A stretch of 64,000 nt of DNA from NCBI RefSeq assembly GCF_902459465.1, contig NC_047078.1, positions 5,642,001 to 5,706,000 of the forward strand, read 5' to 3'. This stretch comes from Asterias rubens (Eukaryota). The notes under the pieces were generated by a model. That model did not search any database. It was not told the origin of the DNA and worked only from the letters and a program-made list of their open reading frames with translations. Positions 20,201 to 32,900 of this stretch are shown piece by piece. Made by a program: the position numbers and the translations under genes. Numbering within the stretch: the stretch's first letter is position 1; each line of letters starts with the position of its first letter.

Positions 20201-22847
20201 TGCTTGATACAAAAATATTGATTTTTTCTTTGAAACCATTCACATTTTAATTAATTTTCCCGCAAGAAAAACGATGCTGAATTGATAAGAAATCACCGCC
20301 GATGACTATTGTTTTCTTCCAGGATGTTGAATACTTTTACACATCGCTCTGGCAGTAGGGCAAAATCGACCAATGAAAAAATTTGTAACGCGCTATATGG
20401 AAATTCAACAGCCAATAGAAACACGTGTCTCTGAGACTGTGGCTTTCTCCTCCTCAGACATTGGCGAACCATATTATTGCTAAAATTATGATTGGTATAA
20501 TTAAAGGCAATTTTCAGTTATGCTACTAATTGTATCAAACACGTCCCGTTTTCCCCTATGACAAATATATCATTGCCATGTTCCAAGATATTCCAGACAA
20601 TAAACACTACCATAAATTTCCATCTTCCCTTATTAAAAAACAAATTCCCAAATTTATCGCATCCCGTCCCCTGTCACTGCTACTTAGATGCCCACTTGGA
20701 ACGGAGCTTGCACGTAGCCTGAAATTTTTGTCAGTCGAAGCCGGGAATAAAGGAAACCATTTCTAGAATTCAAATGTTTTGGGCATGTAGGTCAAACCAA
20801 GATTGGAGGAAATGGCTTTTTACACATCCACCCTTGCTTTTCAATAAGCAAAGGTAAAACCATTGTTAACCACCTGCGTTCCTCCGCGGTTCCGCCGATC
20901 AGCTAATAAGCTGGACCTCACAATGGCCAACCGGTCGCTCCGCGGAGCCGCTGGAATATTCATGTTTATTGACATGTAAATGACCTGCCCGGTTGCTACA
21001 GGTTCTTTTGTTTCAAAAATCCGCTGACTCCCGCAGAATGCACGCTGAATGAAACGGCTTGGAGGTTTTGACAAGGTGCCTTTAGTGACGTAGTTTACGA
21101 GAAAGAAGTAATTTTCCACGAATCTGATTTCGAGACCTCAGATTTAGAATTTGAGGTCTCGATATCAAGCATCTGAAAGCACACAACTTCATGTGACCAT
21201 GGTGCGACAAGGGTGTTTTTTTCTTTCATTATTATCTCGCAACATCGACGACAGATTGAACTCAAACTTTCACAGGTTTGTTATTCTATGCATATGTTGA
21301 TATACACCAACTGTGAGTGTCCAGTGTCTTTAAAGGAAACCTGAGGGAGTATACCGCTGTGCCTAAAAGCTCAGTTGGTAGAGCATCTGCCCGGAGTGTC
21401 GGGTCTTTGGTTCAAATCCCAATGAGGACCATTCAATTTTTCTCTCATCCCATGTTTGATTATATTTCACTTCTAATGTCACCAAATCAAAAGCACTGAA
21501 TACTCAGTATTTTTCCTGAGTTCTGCTAAAAACAAATCAGCAGCCAAATCTTTGGTAATTGCCAAAGAGCAGTATTCTCACTCGCTGTATCCCAACATAA
21601 AATAACAAATTTGGGGAAATTTTGGTGCAGTTACGCATCAAAGTTGCGAGAGAATAATGAAAGAAAACACACCCTTGTTGCATTACTTTGTGTGCTTTAA
21701 GATGCATAATAAAAGGCTTCAGCTGAAGTCTTTTATTATTTGAGTGAGAAATGACCTCTTTCTCAAAAACTGTGTTACTTCAGAGGGAGCCGTTTTTCAC
21801 AATGTTTTATCTTATCAACAGCTCTCAATTTCTAGGTACCAAGTAAGTTTTTGTGCTAACAACTGTTTTAAGTAGTTTTCAGTGCCTTTAACGGCACTTG
21901 ACAGGGGTTGGTAACTGTGAACTCTCACTTGGTGTATCCCAACACTGCATTTAACCCATAAAAAAATGTTAAAGACACTATTGGTAACGACTCAAAATAA
22001 TTATTATCATAAGAACTTACTTGGTAACTAGTAATGGGGAGCGGTTGATAGTATACAAATATTGACTGCTTCGAGTGTTATGGTTAAAACTACGACTCCC
22101 GAGGTGATCCCCAGAGTGTTCCATTTTACCGAGGTGCAGCCGGGGGAAAATGGAATGGTCCGGGGATCAACGAGGGAGTCGTAGTTTTAACCATAGCACG
22201 AGTTAAAGCAGTCGATATTTGTTTTATAACACCCCACCAGACTATTTATCATCTTCGTACACGTAACGTTCGTACGCGCCTTTCAGATACACAGATGCAC
22301 AACTGATTGGGTTTGAGGTGAGTAAAAAGACGTCTGGGTACTGTACCCCGTGTGATAGTCGTGAGACTATCACACGGCAAACGATGCACTATCACACGGC
22401 TGCCGTCTAGCAAAACTAATACATATCAAGTGACGCGCTCTAAACCAATGAAAAGGCAGAATATTGGTAAGGGGTGTTATAATATAAAATATTGTGAGAA
22501 ACGGCTCCCTCTGAAGAATATCGCAACTTTGATGACCAATTGAGCTCAAATTTTCACAGGTTTGTCTTTTAATGCATCTATATGTTGAGATACACCAAGT
22601 GAGAAGACAACTCTTTGACAATTACCAATAGTGTCCAGTGTCTTTATTGAATGATAGTAATGATCTTGTTATTTTTTATTATAGGGGAATGGAAGCAATC
22701 TTCGCTGACTACATCCCTGGCAAGACTCTCCCCAAAGTAGCCCACAGCTGCCTCTTGGGCGTCTCCGCTCTCACATTCGCTGGACTGTGCTACTTCAATT
22801 ACAATGATGTCGGAATCACCAAGGCTATCATGATGCTATGGTCGTAA
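14248..22847 (+). CDS. SDHD: Succinate dehydrogenase cytochrome b small subunit (CybS), 152 aa, 4 exons
   Basis: Exons 14248-14278, 17580-17693, 19205-19355, 22685-22847 (459 nt, GT-AG). Peptides ASTHWNVEHAV, DYVLAGCMTLHGHWGMEAIFADY, SALTFAGLCYFNYNDVGITKAIMMLWS match SDHD; basic N-terminal presequence MAALRILRSR. Confidence 0.96.
15788..15802 (-). promoter_or_regulatory. CTCF-consensus-like motif CCGCTAGAGGGCGCT
   Basis: Match to CCASYAGRKGGCRS; motif only, no binding data. Confidence 0.4.
17190..17400 (+). mobile_element. DIRS-like (tyrosine-recombinase retrotransposon) pol C-terminal relic in SDHD intron 1
   Basis: DALSM..DGILGYSPPISLVSRVLAMI...KILLIVLFWPRQSWF matches the DIRS pattern DAL..W...Y.FPP..L..RVL.K......LI.P.WP.Q.WF. 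Confidence 0.7.
17739..18064. mobile_element. hAT-like MITE, about 45 bp downstream of SDHD exon 2
   Basis: TIR TAAGCTTGGGCGATAT; 8-bp duplication GTATTAAG/GTATTAAA. Confidence 0.75.
18153..18522. mobile_element. Kolobok-like MITE family A
   Basis: TTAA flanks and family body. Confidence 0.8.
18822..19115. repeat. About 3 tandem ~103-bp units in SDHD intron 2
   Basis: GGCTGCTCGGAGGGTTAAACAC..GGAAATCGGCTGGGACTACTACTTTCGCTGATAGGATC repeated. Confidence 0.9.
19502..21333. mobile_element. Kolobok-like MITE family A split by a nested 1.46-kb TIR element
   Basis: Host halves 19502-19622 and 21082-21333 are colinear with the family consensus. Confidence 0.8.
19623..21081. mobile_element. Non-autonomous PIF/Harbinger-like DNA transposon, about 1.46 kb
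   Basis: About 29-bp TIRs AGGCGCCTTGTCAAAACCTCCCAAGCGTT / AACGGCTTGGAGGTTTTGACAAGGTGCCT; TTA-like target (imperfect by 1 nt); no long ORF. Confidence 0.7.
21969..22646. mobile_element. Family A MITE carrying a nested foldback element (22054-22482, TA duplicated)
   Basis: Host consensus GATAGTATAAAACATTG is interrupted; the insert has a ~165-nt hairpin (22056-22222) and a terminal GGGGTGTTATAA inverted to an internal TTATAACACCCC. Confidence 0.7.
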
Positions 22848-23009
22848 GAAATCCACTACCCTCAAGAAATAAATCAACTGGACTCATGACAGGTTATACT
22901 CAAGCCAAAGTACATGTAGCAAGCGTTACTTGTCCTTTACTTTTTATGTTTTAAGCCCGGTTCATGCAATAATCGGTACGCCCTCAGGCTCCATTTTCAA
23001 TTGTAACGC

Positions 23010-23015
23010 AATAAA
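23010..23015 (+). terminator. Candidate SDHD polyadenylation signal AATAAA
   Basis: First AATAAA I saw after the SDHD stop, about 160 nt downstream. Confidence 0.4.
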
Positions 23016-23601
23016 ATTCTTGCAGTAAGTAAGAACCAGGCTTAAGTCCCTTTGTTCTTCAAGAAGTTCCCATCATTTAATTAAAAAAGCTAATAGAGCT
23101 ACTTTAGCAGAGAGCATTGCTTAACAAAATGCTGCTCAGCAAAAAATAAGCAGAAAGCCAGTCACAGATTGTATATGTTTGTGACATGATATTTTGGCTG
23201 ATAACCTTTTTCTGGTTAAGGCTTAGTTTTGTTACTTGAGCAGCTCTTTGATGACACACTTTCAAAGGAATTTATTTTCTTAACTTGTGTTTTTTTGTAC
23301 TTAAATCAGGCTTAAGTCAAATGAATGTTGAATGAGAACTCTGGGTGTGTTCGATTAGCTTCCCTGGGTCGACACTGATCTGCCCCCGGTACGTTCGAAT
23401 AGCTTTGAGGTCATTCCAGGGGCTCACCCGAGTCAGCCCCAATTGCCCTGCTTGTGGAATGGTCACTTGGGGCTGGTCGAGGTGCACGGCGTCCCAAGAG
23501 AGGGTGAGTGATCATTCGGTTAGCTCTTGTAAGGGGCTCACCCGAATGAGCACCGCGGGGTCAACACAGGGAAGCTAATCAAACGCACCCAATGTCATCA
23601 C

Positions 23602-23957
23602 TTAAAGGGAGGGTATACCTTTGGTAATTACTCAAACAATTAATGACTGTAAACACTTACATGTACTTTGTAGGAAGCACTGAAGGTTTTAACAATGTGT
23701 AACACTTTGAGGCACATTTCCCTTCTCTTTAATGTGGTTTTAGAGAGAGGGATACAAAAACATTTCAAACTGAGAAATGTTTCTGAATGAAACATTTCTG
23801 AGATTCTGTATTCCAACATTGGATTATTCCTCCTTGTTGGACATAACCACTCCAATCTCTTGCAATATCTTCAAAACGCTACCACCTTTTGTATACATCT
23901 ACATAGGATTAAAACAACCGAGCGAACTAAAACACCAAAGGTATACTTAACCTTTAA
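23602..23957. mobile_element. TTAA MITE family D
   Basis: AGGGAGGGTATACCTTTGG / CCAAAGGTATACTTAACCT with TTAA flanks. Confidence 0.65.
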
Positions 23958-25751
23958 AGATCAAAGTATGGGTACATAATGAACATATAAATTTAATTCA
24001 ATAATTGGGGATATGTAAATGACAATATAAAGTTGTAAGATATTTAAAGAAATTGATTCTAATTTTAAAAAAGCACAGTCTTATGTTGCTGATAATGTTT
24101 TGTTTATTTTATTCGGAAAACAAATTAACTATAACAAGAGAGAAAAAAAAATTGGTGATGGGAAGAATTATTTGCTCTAAACGAAAGTCAAATAAGTTCA
24201 TTTATCATGGATCACCAACATGAATTTAAAACTATTTGTAAATTGTTTTTTTTTTTTCTCTAATTTTTCACGCTTGAATTTTGCACACTTCTATCCTCGG
24301 TTCCATACAGAACATTTTCATACTAATTATTTTTGGTTTTTACCCATACACCGATGTGTGTTAGCACTGTATACTCAGTACTTTCCCGAGTCCTGTGAAA
24401 AAAATATCACAGTGAGTATACAGTGCTAACACACATCGGTGTATGGGTAAAAACAAAAACAAAAAAATATTCTTTATCCCCGATGCAAATTTAACATCTA
24501 TTATATTTCATACTAATTACTCTATTCATGAATTCTCGATTCACTACTCAAGCAGAAGGGGGGTGTAAGGAGGATGGTTTATTGGTTAAAATGTTTTATT
24601 GCTTCTTCTTTGTATAGGTTTAGGTTTCAGGCCAGGAGTTTCATCTTCAAAGAGGGCAAGTCCATTTTAATTTTGCAAAGGGCACTTCCAATGCAAAGTA
24701 TTTAGGTATATCGAAAAAAAAAATTTATGGGGCACCAAGGCCAAGACCTGGGGCAAGGACGGCCATGGCCTCTGTTTGATTCCTGGACTAGGTTGCTTTG
24801 CTATTTACTCTTTATTTTGTGGTAGCTGTTGTTGAAATGGCTTTTCAGTTTGGCTTAAAAACATATTTAATTTGGAATTTTATGAAATCAGAGGTTCGAG
24901 CAGACGCTGCTAGTATGGGTCAGAAATGATTGTAAACTTTATTGACAAAGTTTGTTCTTATTATAAAGCCAGCAGCCAAAAATTCTGCACTTATCAACAA
25001 AGATCCTCTTTCGCGCAAGTCTTCTGAACCTCTGACTTCATTGTAGTATGCTCCCCTGGTGGGACAATAGTTTGATTGCATGACGCTACTATTATATAAC
25101 CCGGAACAAGGACAGGAACAAGACCAATTAATTAAATCGTGTATTATTTTAATGAATCCTTTTTGCTGTTTGTCTCTTAAGTTACTGAAGTTAAACAAGT
25201 ACATGCTGCAAAAAAAACACAATCCAGGAAGCTACCATAAAGGACATACATGTTCAATGTACATGAATGTACATGTATATATCATGAACTTATTGAGTCA
25301 TAAATAGTCCGAGATTGGGAACAGTAACCATGGTAACTTTATTGTTGCCTAGTGATGATAAATAAAACCCATGACAAGTTAGATGACGCATTGTGCTGAA
25401 ACTTTCATTGGAGTTTTTAGATCAATATCATAATTCAATGAAAATAAATGTCATTTTAGATGCAGGTTGACTTCAAACATGTATTAAAAAACAAATCCTA
25501 GTTCAGGTACTAGTGTCAGGTACTAAAGTATTGAATGTGGTATGAAGGCCTATAATGTAAGCCGTTTATGTAAGCCTGATCCTTCTAAACTACCGACAAA
25601 GTTGTCTTGTATATAAATGTCGTACGCGTCTCTTTATTGTTAAAACGAGTTCTGTTTTATTTTATTTTAAATTCTAGTCTTATTTAGACGACCTCTGAAC
25701 TTGATTGAAGACTAACTGCAGTAGGCTATCCAATGAACTGTACCTAAAGAT

Positions 25752-26127
25752 TTAAAGGAACACGTTGCCTTGAATCGAACGGGTTGGTCTATAAAAAGTG
25801 TTTGAAACTGTTGGTTATGAAATGCATGTGGTTAGAAAGATGTTTTAAAAGTAGAATATAATGATCCACACAAGTATCACTCAAAATTGCACGGTTTTCC
25901 ATTTTTGTCGCGAACTAACACGATCAGCCATTTATGGGAGTATAAATGGCCGACCGTGTTAGTCGACGAGGTAAAAAGAAAAAACACGCAATTTCAAGGC
26001 ATATTTGTGTAGATAATTGTATTCTACCTTTACAACATCTTTCTACCCATATGCATTTTATAACAAACGGTTACAGAACGCTTTTCAAAGACCAACTCGA
26101 CAGATCCAAGGCAACGTGTTCCTTTAA
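25752..26127. mobile_element. Kolobok-like MITE family B
   Basis: Same TIRs and TTAA flanks; partial copies at about 6605-6800 and 34100-34274. Confidence 0.85.
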
Positions 26128-26409
26128 CACTTGATCCAAATCTCACGAACTTGTTACCAAACTGCTAGTCCGTTTCGCAAACTTGACGACCAAGTATTTT
26201 GATTTAAGTTTGAATGATTGTACATGATGGCTCTGAGTAACGAACTTTTACAAAAATTGTGTCTTGGTTAAATGTCAAGTTAAACGTGCATTTGGCTACT
26301 CGTTCTAAGAGTTTGTTCCGTTCACCGGTAAAGGCAAAGCTTGTCAGTCACAAAAACACAGGGATCTGATGTATTGCAGTCTGTGCAGGGCCCATTTTCA
26401 TAGAGCTGA

Positions 26410-26781
26410 TTAAAGCCATTATACACTTTTAAACAGTATTGTCCAAGTCCCACACTTCGTGTCTCACAACTTATATATAAAATAATAAACCTGTGAAAAT
26501 TTAGGCTCAATCGGTCTTTGGAGTCGGGAGAAAATAACGGGAAAACCCACTCTTGTTTCCGCACGTTTCGCCGTGTCATGACATGTGTTTAAAATGAATC
26601 CGTAATTCTCGCGTACGAGAATTGATATTGTTTCAATGTTTTCTCAAAAAGTAAAGCATTTCATGGACTAATATTTCAGGAGAAGTCTTTCACCATTACC
26701 TTCTGTAAACCCTGTAAATTATTTGTAAACCTGTGAACTTTTTTCTTTTTTTTCTGTACCGAAAGTGTATAAGGGCTTTAA
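26410..26781. mobile_element. TTAA MITE family C nested in a GGCCCAATTTCAT-type MITE (about 26389-27037)
   Basis: TIR AGCCATTATACACTTT / AAAGTGTATAAGGGCT with TTAA flanks; partial copy at about 13560-13670. Confidence 0.75.
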
Positions 26782-29700
26782 CGGTTGATTTTGTCCTTAC
26801 TGCGCAAGTTTCCATTTTATACGCTGCTTACCGTACCTGTTTTAAAAGACATGCTAACCTTCCAGTGCTTACTGTATGACAGTTTAGGATGTAACCATGC
26901 AAATCCATGGTGAATGCATAGGCTGGCTGCCTAATTCTTTTGCCAACCTATAAAATATGCTTACACTTTAAACATATTTTTCTGCTATAGTTAGCACAAA
27001 AATTTGCTTACCGTTAAGCAGCGCTATGAAATTGGCTCAGATGTCATATTAAAAGTTATCAATAATATGGTAAGCTCTCAAAACTTATTCAGCTTAAAAC
27101 GTTTTCAGCCTAAAACTCCTTTTTATTTAATATTGCTTTGAACCTACACATGTATAATCTAGAAAAATTTATTCAGATTTGCCTTCATGTAGACTAGATT
27201 AATGACATCACACCCAAAAAAAGGGTTTGTTTGAAAATAATCATAGACAGCAAAAAATACAAAACAAGTTTTTCTTTAGTTTATCTCTAGAACATAAAAA
27301 CTAGCAAACACACTATGTGTGTTTATGAAACAGTGTGAAAACTGAAATAAATATTAAAATTGTAATTGTTACTTGTTAAATTGTTTTGAATTTTTATGTG
27401 TTTATTATTGAGATTGTATATGAGTGAACTTGTTGTGTGTGTTTTTTTTCTTCAAAATATTGCGGATTGAAATTGGCAACTGAATTTGGGATGAACAATT
27501 TCTTTGTTTAACATCAAATTTTTAAATTATTACCATCATTTTCCCTTGTGGGTTATCACTTGATAACTCCTAAAGAGTCAGGGGATTCGAGAGTGCAAAT
27601 ATGGCAGTTTCATCAGGTTGAATGGCTTATGACTGCCCCCTCCCCTCCCCCAACAAAGATATAGTGACCACCAAAACGGAGAGGCCAGTTGTTACGAGCG
27701 CCAGCACGTTAATCCGGAGGTCATTGGTTCAAATCACTTGCTCTAGTTAATTTGTCTTTGTTCAACCCCATATTATGTACAATTTTACCCAATCAATTTC
27801 TGTCGTGGTATATTACTTGAAACTCTTATGAAAAAGATGTTTTTTGTCGAAACCCTAAAACTCTCTGCCCGAAACAGACCACAAAAACACAACCATAATG
27901 TCATGATTGAGGACTAAGAATGTTACAAGTTTTACAACGAGTAAGGGAATTTCGGAAATAGCTTTGGAAGATCTTTAATTATCATGGATACCCCGAAACG
28001 AAACAAATGTTATGTGACAAACACTCTGCCTGAGTCAGATCACACAACACACGACAATAAATTTATGATTAAAGACTAAAGAATTGTACAATTTTTATAA
28101 AGGGAAAGGGAATTGGGAAATATGAAACCACGAAACGAAACAAGTGTAAATGTGACAAACTCTCTGCCTTGAGTCAGATCACACAAAACACCTTTAAGAA
28201 TTGATGATTAAGAACTAAGAATTGTACAATTTTAAAAGGAAAGGAAAATCCTAATCCCTTGGTCCCCCCCCCCCCCCCCCTCCGCACCGGATGGAGTGGG
28301 CGGGGCTATTCACCCTTTGATCCCCTATCTGCATGTGTACTGACCGACTGACAACAAGTCTAAACACAGTAGTCTAAGCCCCGCCTCTTCTAATACAACA
28401 AAGCACGTGTTCGCTGAAGCATGGCCAGAGTGTAGATTAGACAGCTAGCTAGGCGTCTTTCGTCATTGAAAATAACACACACGGTACATAGTCCTACAGC
28501 ATCACGGCCGACCTAAGTACTATACTAACAGGGGAAAAACCTTACGGTGTTTCACATCTTCTGGACTTCATACATACATTTTGAGTGAAATATGATACGG
28601 ATAATTCCATAAGTTTACCAGTTCAACATCATCTTTCCAGTTTGTATACCTTTATTGTATGAACAGATTTACGTTGATAGAGGTGAGTTCTTCCTCCCAT
28701 GGATGGTTAAAAGTGAAATATTGTTCGCACATTCACAAGAAGAGGGTTGATAATTTTGGTTGGATGGTTTAATTAGTTCTTTGAAAAGTTAAAGTCCACA
28801 AATGGAATGGGCCAATTCACATGTCATGTACTCGTCGGCTTCGTTTGTTTAGTGTTACTCAAGGCGTCCTTGTGTATGTATGATGCTGGTAGTAGTGGGT
28901 AAACTGCTGGTTCTCTATGGTGGACGTCTTTCAGTGGTCAGCTAGCTCATCACAGTTAACAACTGGGCGTCTCCTGAAGAATGGAACATCTTTGCACTTG
29001 CAGGGTCTCAATCTCATTCATTGAGGTGCTGCTTACCTCCTGATTCTAAACCCTGATTCTGCTGAGTAGCATTGCATGATTGCTTAACTAAATTACTGGT
29101 TGTAACTTTTAGTTTAAACGATTGCTTGTATTTTTTGTAGGAGTGCACTGGCACTGTTTGTTGTGACTACTGTACTGTAGTTTGTGCATGATGATGTTGA
29201 TCAGTTGATGATGATAATATGGCTTGCATATTGTCAACAAAATATTGTGCTGCTATACTACAGTTAACCAAATTCACTACAACCATGGATGGAGGTAGTT
29301 GCGATAACGTGACCCTCCGTTGACGGCGAAGCCGAAGTTCGCCGTCGGGAGGAGGGTTACGTTTTGCAACTAGGATGGAAAGAACCTCCATGCTAACTAC
29401 ATACAATGTACTACTACTAGCTACCTACTTCTATAACGATGATGAGGTTCATTTTGCTATCGTCTCCAAGATAGCGGAACAAACCTCATTATAGTTATAT
29501 AGGAGAATAAGTTACCTACTTACTAATTTAGTTACGATCTCAGCCCCCCCCCCCCCCCCATCCTTCTTCCGCTCCGGTCTGTCTGTCTCGCTGTGTCAGT
29601 GTCATGGAGGATGAAGGGATGTTTAAATTGCAAATTCTATCAATAAGTCTATATTTAGAAGCCCTTCCATAATTAGTTGCGATAACGTAACCCTCCTCCC

Positions 29701-29960
29701 AACAGCCGCAAGGCCATCGGGAGGAGCTGCCGTCGGGAGGAGGGTTCATCACTACCGGTACTATGTGATAGAATTGTTTAGTTTTTAGTTGCCTTTGACA
29801 TTTCTTTGGAAACCACCTTATTTTAAGAGTGGTTTCCATTAACAAACGTATCCCTTCCCTTTTTAATTAACAAAGAAAGTTATTTTTTCTTAATTAACAG
29901 AGAGAGTTACCGTCCAACTAAATTTCTTCCGACTGTGTGTGACCTACCCGTGTCTTCATC

Positions 29961-32900
29961 ATGGGCGTAGGTTCCAAATTAATGTTCTACCCAACACTTG
30001 GATTTAATGTCGTCATGAAGAAAGTTTCATCACGAAGATGGTACGACAGAATTGATCAAACAGTTGTGCTTGGTGCTTTGCCGTTGAGAAGTAACAACTA
30101 CGCTCAAGAGGTATTTTATAATTAATTTTGTCCCTGTACCGTTTTGTATTTTAAGCACTGACTGTATCAGTACTTTCAAGAGTTCTGTAAAAAAAAAAAT
30201 TGACAGACATATCATTTGGTTGAGATTTGAACCCTTGCTAGAGTAGATGTCTTGCCACTAGACAACCGAGCTAGCTACATGTAGCCTCGGCCCAATTGAA
30301 TAAAGCCTGTTAGCACAAAAATTTGCTTAGCATGAAATATTTGCCTTGATAAAAACAGGATTACCAACCACATTTCCGGGTGATTTTCAGGCTACACAAA
30401 CAACAGCTGAATACCAGTCAGTAACGAGCAAAATGCAATAAGTGGAAATTTGGTTGGTAATCTCGTTTTAATCAATTAAATGATGTGGGTACTTATTCAA
30501 AATGTCCATAGATTTACATTAAACTTACAGGGTTTGAAGATAATTATAGTGGAAAGCTTCCCTTCAAATCTTACTTCTTGAGGTGCTGTAGTTTTTGAGA
30601 AATGAGTAAAACAATGTCATGAAAACACGTTTGTAAATGATTAAAATAATTTTCGTCTCATGAGACGAAAATTATTTTCATGACATTGTTTTACTCATTT
30701 CCCCCAAACTACAGCACCTCAGCACATAGTATTTTCAGGGGAGCTTTCTACTATCATTATCTTCAAACTGTGTAAGTTTAGTGTAAATCTGTGGACATTG
30801 TGTTTTTCATCCTACAAAAGTTACATACATGTAGACCGTTTAAGGGAGAATTTCCATGCTAAGCAATTTTTTTGTGCTTACAGGCTTTATGAAATTAGGC
30901 CCAGGTGGCTGGAGGTAGTTACTAATCTTATGTTGAAGCAGTGCAGTGTGTACTTCAATGGTTTGATAGATTCTATTTTTGCATCGGAGATGAAGAATAT
31001 AGTTTGTTTTTACCCTAACACTACATCTACTTAAAGGTATTTTATGTTTTCCGCATGCTTGGCTCTGTTTTGTTAAAGAAAGGTATTTTTAAATATTTGT
31101 ACAGCACTTACACGATCAGTGAACGATTTCTCCTCTGTAGGCCTATAGCATAACAAAATGTTACACAAAATGTATCAGTTGCTACTAAAAAAAATCTTCA
31201 GCTTAGCATTTGTGCACAAAGAATGTTCCGTCCGAATATATTTTACTATGCAAAACCTGCTGCTTTGAAATCTTTCGGTGACGAGAAAAAGTTTCAATAC
31301 CGAGACAGTGACTACAGTGGCAAGTAGGAAAAACTTCACATCGGGTGTGCATCCCTAGTACTAGAATGAGTTTCAAGCCCCTGACAGCCTCTCTTGCCTG
31401 TTGCTAGGAAACAAACATTATTTAAATAGGACTTTTAAATCTGTATTCAGGACGGGTAGGAATGATGATATCTGGGGATTTGCCGATAAAACCATCCTGG
31501 ACATAATCTCTCTAGATATGTGATCCTGAGAAACAAGGTCACTCATTTTTATTTGGCATTGAAAAGATTATGATGATGATAACCGTTAATAGATATCCAG
31601 AGGTTATTACTTGTTTCTTGGGACTGAATGAATGAATGAAAAAGTTCTTAATTATCCTAGAGCAAGCCCTAAGTTGGGACTACAGGCCTGTATGCTTTGT
31701 TTTTGAAAGGGCAAGGGCACTAAGGCGATTTCTCCTTGTTAAAGGACACCCTACATTATGAGGAAATTGTAAAGTTCTACTGGAGCATTTCAAGGGCACC
31801 ACGGCAATGACCAGGGGGCATGAACATGATGAAGGCAATATCCTTCGTGGCTATCCGTGAAATCTACCTCCAGGGCTTAAATTTTACACTGCACCAAAAG
31901 CATGATGCCAGTGATTTTACTTACGGGTCAGTCTAGTCACAGCGGTCTTGTGTTGTTTTTCATCTGAATGCAGTGTTCAAATGTTGACTTTTGAGTAAAA
32001 ATGTTTCAATTTTGTCGAGTATCAAAAAATAGGCTCCAGGTCAGGCCAGTAGTACAGTGTAAAATTTGAGCCCTGATAATGAATGGTTTATGAGTGCATT
32101 GGTGAGATTATTTCTGTGTTTTGAAAGATGGGATGTTCAAGCTGAGTGTAATTGAACATTCCATCTGTCATGGAATGAAAATATTTTCTCAACTGCACAG
32201 ATGCAAAACAGTCATTACTTTTTATAGATTTGTTTTTGATATAATCAAAGCAGGCCAATTTTGTCATTAAATCGTTGGTATTCGTCTCGCAAACAGCATT
32301 TAATGGTTTTGTTACCGCGCCATTTAAGTACGCTTTGGATCATAGATTTTTTCCATTTTTTGAAAAAGTACAAGATTGTTATTTATAAAACACAATCAAC
32401 AAAAGGAAATGACCCAAAGCATGGCTGAAATTCTAAACCAACTTAAAATTTAATTGATGTCATATTATTTCATCGAGGATAAACACAAATTGTGTTTTGT
32501 CCATACATGTACAATAATAAGGGAATCATTGTGTGGTGAAGAGGTTTTCAACTAGTGGTTTAATGCCAAGGAGGCCTGGTTCTTGATCATTTTACCGAGA
32601 CGAAGTCGAGGTAAATTACAAAGAACCAGGCCTCGGCGGGTTTAAACCACTAGTTGAAAACCGATTCAACACACTTTGATTCCCATTCATAAATACCTTT
32701 TTGGTCAAAAAGTAAAATAAATGCAAAAAATATAATTGTTAAATGATTTCTTTCAACATCACCCCACCAGCTATGAAATGGTAAAGACCTCTGCCGCCCT
32801 CGGGTAAACAACTCCTTATATAAGGGAATGTTGTGCGCGTATCGCATGATGTGGCACAACTGTTTCAGCCGTTGCTCTCGACCAATAGGAATGAAGAAAC

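Noticed and set aside
24920-25222. 100-aa minus-strand ORF (..YCPTRGAYYNEVRGSEDLRERG..)
   Set aside because: No recognisable homology and no partner exons found; it cannot be supported without a database search.
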